Positions 61,316 to 64,000 of a stretch of DNA of 64,000 nt are shown piece after piece; position 1 is the first letter of the stretch; the number at the start of each line of letters is the position of its first letter. The translations under genes were made by a program, and so were the position numbers. This stretch comes from Marsupella aquatica (Eukaryota; Plantae; Marchantiophyta). The stretch covers positions 15,031,974 through 15,095,973 of the forward strand of contig OZ316899.1 of assembly GCA_973895155.1 (NCBI GenBank). The letters are read 5' to 3'. The notes under the pieces are model-generated. The model was not told where the DNA came from, did not search any database, and saw nothing but the letters and a program-made list of their open reading frames with translations.

Positions 61316-63486
61316 GCACCTGAGTGCATTCAAACAATTGAGTTATGGAGCTAACAGACTTTCCTTTGCAATTGTAGGATTGGTTGGCTCTTGCAAGAAT
61401 GACCATGAGAAGGAAGGATTGTCAAAATGTTTACTGGTTACTTTTTGCTGACAATGCTCTTTTAGATTTATGGAGTTTGGTATGCCAGTTGTGGTTGGAT
61501 GGAAAACTTCCTGATGGAGCTGGGGTAGAAGGAAATGAGAAGTCTGAAAAAGCAATTACTGTTGCCATGTTTCGTTGTTTTGATGGTGAGTTGATCTCAC
61601 AAAGAGACATCACAAGAATACTGACGCGGGTGAAGTCAGGAAAGGTATTGCTAAAGAAAGACGCCTCTAATAAATCAGACATGCCATCTATAGAGGAGTT
61701 GGCCAAAGATGTGAAGATCGTGCGGAAACTGAAGTCCCTTATTGAAGACTACTATTGCACCAAGGATGCGGTGAATTTCCCGATAATTACTAATTGGGGG
61801 AAAGTAGTTGAGGTTCTTCCTACGCTAACAATTGATGCAGAGTTCAGCAGGTGTCAAAGAGCCGTTGGCGAGGTCTATCTTGCCAACCTTTTAAAGCCCA
61901 ATCATACGCGGGAGAGCGCAATCTTGCCGATGGCATTGGCATTCCGCCTAGATGATATATATACTGCCAGAAATTTGGCGGATGATCACGTTCTTGGACC
62001 CTACCATGGGTTACATTTTTAGCGACAATCTCATGAAGACCATTGATCCAGAGTCATTGCAAGAAGCTCCTCCGACCTGCCCTCTTGCCATTGTTGATTT
62101 TAGCCCCCAACAATCCAAAGCCAAAATTCTTGTATACATCAAAGGATGTTGATTACAAAGTATGCAAGATTGACAAGGGAAAGGGAGAGGCTAAGGAAAC
62201 AGATGAGGGGACACAAAACAATGACCTAAAAGTGGTTTTGGACCCAAAAGAGGTAGTCAAGATTATGAATATGGCCCCTTGATTTGAGACAGTTGGCAGT
62301 CGCAGTGGGTGGGTTAATCCTCATGCCAAACCCACGCGGATGATCCGAAGGATTATTGAATCCTTGTCAAAACCGGGAGATTTGGTTCTAGATTTTTTCT
62401 CCGATGGCCAAGTCATGAAGACATCATTTTTTTGCGATAGGGAATGCTTTGTTTATTGTGACTCTCAGTTCGAGAGGCATTTTGAGGAAGCTTTTGCTTC
62501 CTACCTTTGCGAGAGAGTTCCCTCACTTAAAGCCCATTGTGAATCACTTGCTGAAAATTCTCGACAATGGGCTACCACTGGTGCGGCTGTAGCTGTCGCT
62601 GTTGAATCCAACGGTTTTGAGTTTGAAGATGTTGCTGACAAAGTGGCTGAAGGCGTAGAGGCATCAAAGGGGGCATATGTCAAGAATTTGGATGACCGTG
62701 TTGGTCAAGGTGAGCCTTACAATGTAGATGATGATATTGGACTTTCACCAAACCGTTCATCTGGTTTAGATGACATCCCTCCGGGGCCCAATGAAGTTCA
62801 GGTTGATGATAACTTGGACAAGGATGATCCCAATCCAACACCGCCAGGAGGACAGATGGAGCAAATGGAAGGAGCAAGGGTTGATACATTTGATCGTCTT
62901 TCTTCAACAAATCTGATCAATGAAGGCGCAACGAGGCTTGGAGATTCAAATGAAGCTGAAACTCAAGAATTGACTCCGGGGGAGATTGATGGATTGCCTG
63001 ACATTCCCATCAATCCAGGAGAAAATTCATCAACGGTTGTTGACAACCAGGCAGGTGCTTCAACTTGTCTTGACACACTCTTTTCAGCTTCTGATGACAA
63101 ATTGGTGTTAGTTCGCTCACACTCGGGGAGTCCTATTGTCCTTCCGCTATCAAAAAAGAAAGGGAATAGAGTTGAATCAACTGGATGGAGGTCATTCCAG
63201 ACGCATGATGTTACGTGTGGAAAATTGGGCCAAATAGAGGCCAAGAAATACCATTGGATGCTGCTCCTTCAATTCTAAATAAGGAGGAGTATAAGAGGGG
63301 AGAATTGGGGTTGATAACTCATGTTTGGACTTCACCTTATTGGGTAGAACAAAGTACTTCAGATGTCAATTTTGAAATCCAACAGGAGCTTGGTGCTGAC
63401 ATGATTATTGATGAATACGGATCTCTTATTTTGGGATGAAATTCAGCCTTTGACTTTCTATTTATTCATACCAGTCTAAAATACTT

Positions 63487-63855
63487 GGTCAAGTGCAAGC
63501 TAGAGGGGTACTGAAAGGATCTCCATTTTCTCCACCAAAAGGACATAGGTCCTTGGTAAAAGCAATCACTAGAGGACAAAAAGACCAAAATGTTACATGG
63601 AATGGCCAGGATTGTTTTGGTGAGATTGAAAGGTAAGATCTTGCATGCCAAATCTTTGGAAGTGTGTCCACATATTTCGGAATTTAAGAAGAGTGCCCAA
63701 TCTTTTTGGAAGTGTGCACAATCTTTTTGGAAGTGTGCCCAACCTTTTTGGGAGTGTGCTCAGCTAAATCTTAATGACATTTATACTCCTTTCACTCTCC
63801 TTTTTGAGCTAGTCCTTGGGGACTCCTTTGGTACCCCTCTAGCTTGCTTTTGACC
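63487..63855. mobile_element. 369-bp MITE with ~38-bp TIRs and 4-bp TSD ACTT
   Basis: GGTCAAGTGCAAGCTAGAGGGGTAC... / ...GTACCCCTCTAGCTTGCTTTTGACC. ACTT at 63483-63486 and 63856-63859. Internal 21-bp repeats at 63655-63765. Confidence 0.8.
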
Positions 63856-64000
63856 ACTTCTTGGTCCACAGAATGCGCTCACCAATTAAAGTCTCCATAT
63901 CCGTCTACCCATTGTGGGGCTTCTAAAAATGGTATGTAGGTTACTTTTTTTCTTTTTTGTCAGCTGTTGTCCTGTATTTTTGGACTGAGACAATCCAAAC

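Larger units (their letters stand above)
53275..63439 (+). pseudogene. Spliced gene for a ParB/Srx-like domain fused to an N4C/N6A DNA-methyltransferase-like domain; interrupted by LTR units and decayed
   Basis: Removing 54882-60433 restores IPVESIFPASARLCYRMLNADHVKDVANSMIRNPG|HEPHIANLIPY...FIAISGQHSARAA. NPHAKPTRMIRRIIESLSKPGDLVLDFFSDG lies at ~62316-62410. Introns at 53394-53648 and 60875-61377 (the latter phase 0, frame-preserving). Confidence 0.72.

Noticed and set aside
47222-63770. Arrays at 47222-47570 and 63655-63765 as the two subterminal ends of one element
   Set aside because: They are in the same orientation rather than inverted, and the right-hand array lies inside a separate MITE with its own TSD. 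The right end of the large element is not identified in this window.

Overview
This is eukaryotic (land-plant) heterochromatin made almost entirely of nested transposable elements. A bryophyte/liverwort source is possible but is only my inference. I recognise no intact host gene, RNA gene or CRISPR array. From left to right: the 3' part of a CACTA/EnSpm element ending in its TIR (1-6731); two minus-strand LTR-like units carrying decayed accessory ORFs (6732-10800); a chromovirus integrase remnant; a three-layer nest (a ~3.9-kb gene-containing solo-LTR-like unit 12936-36644, containing a Bianca-type Copia 16587-36371 with TSD GTTTT, which contains a young full-length non-chromoviral Gypsy 20224-33771 with TSD CAGAG and 1390-bp LTRs); further gene-containing LTR-like units and Gypsy/Copia fragments (36983-47210); and a large, decayed DNA-transposon-like unit (~47210-63440). 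Main candidates for novelty: (1) A DUF7869/Sola-like DDD transposase gene lies head-to-head with an intron-containing gene for a ParB/Srx-like domain fused to a beta-class N4C/N6A DNA-methyltransferase-like domain, and both genes carry the same palindromic repeat in their introns. (2) Several 4-5 kb TG...CA units encode conserved accessory proteins but no gag/pol; one has a perfect 5-bp TSD. They look like solo LTRs with a gene inside U3. (3) The young Gypsy has a TGA-CAA-TTA (TMV-type) readthrough context between protease and RT, a duplicated PPT, and an extra ORF ending in a second retropepsin-like domain. All family assignments are by eye from motifs and need HMM or structure confirmation.
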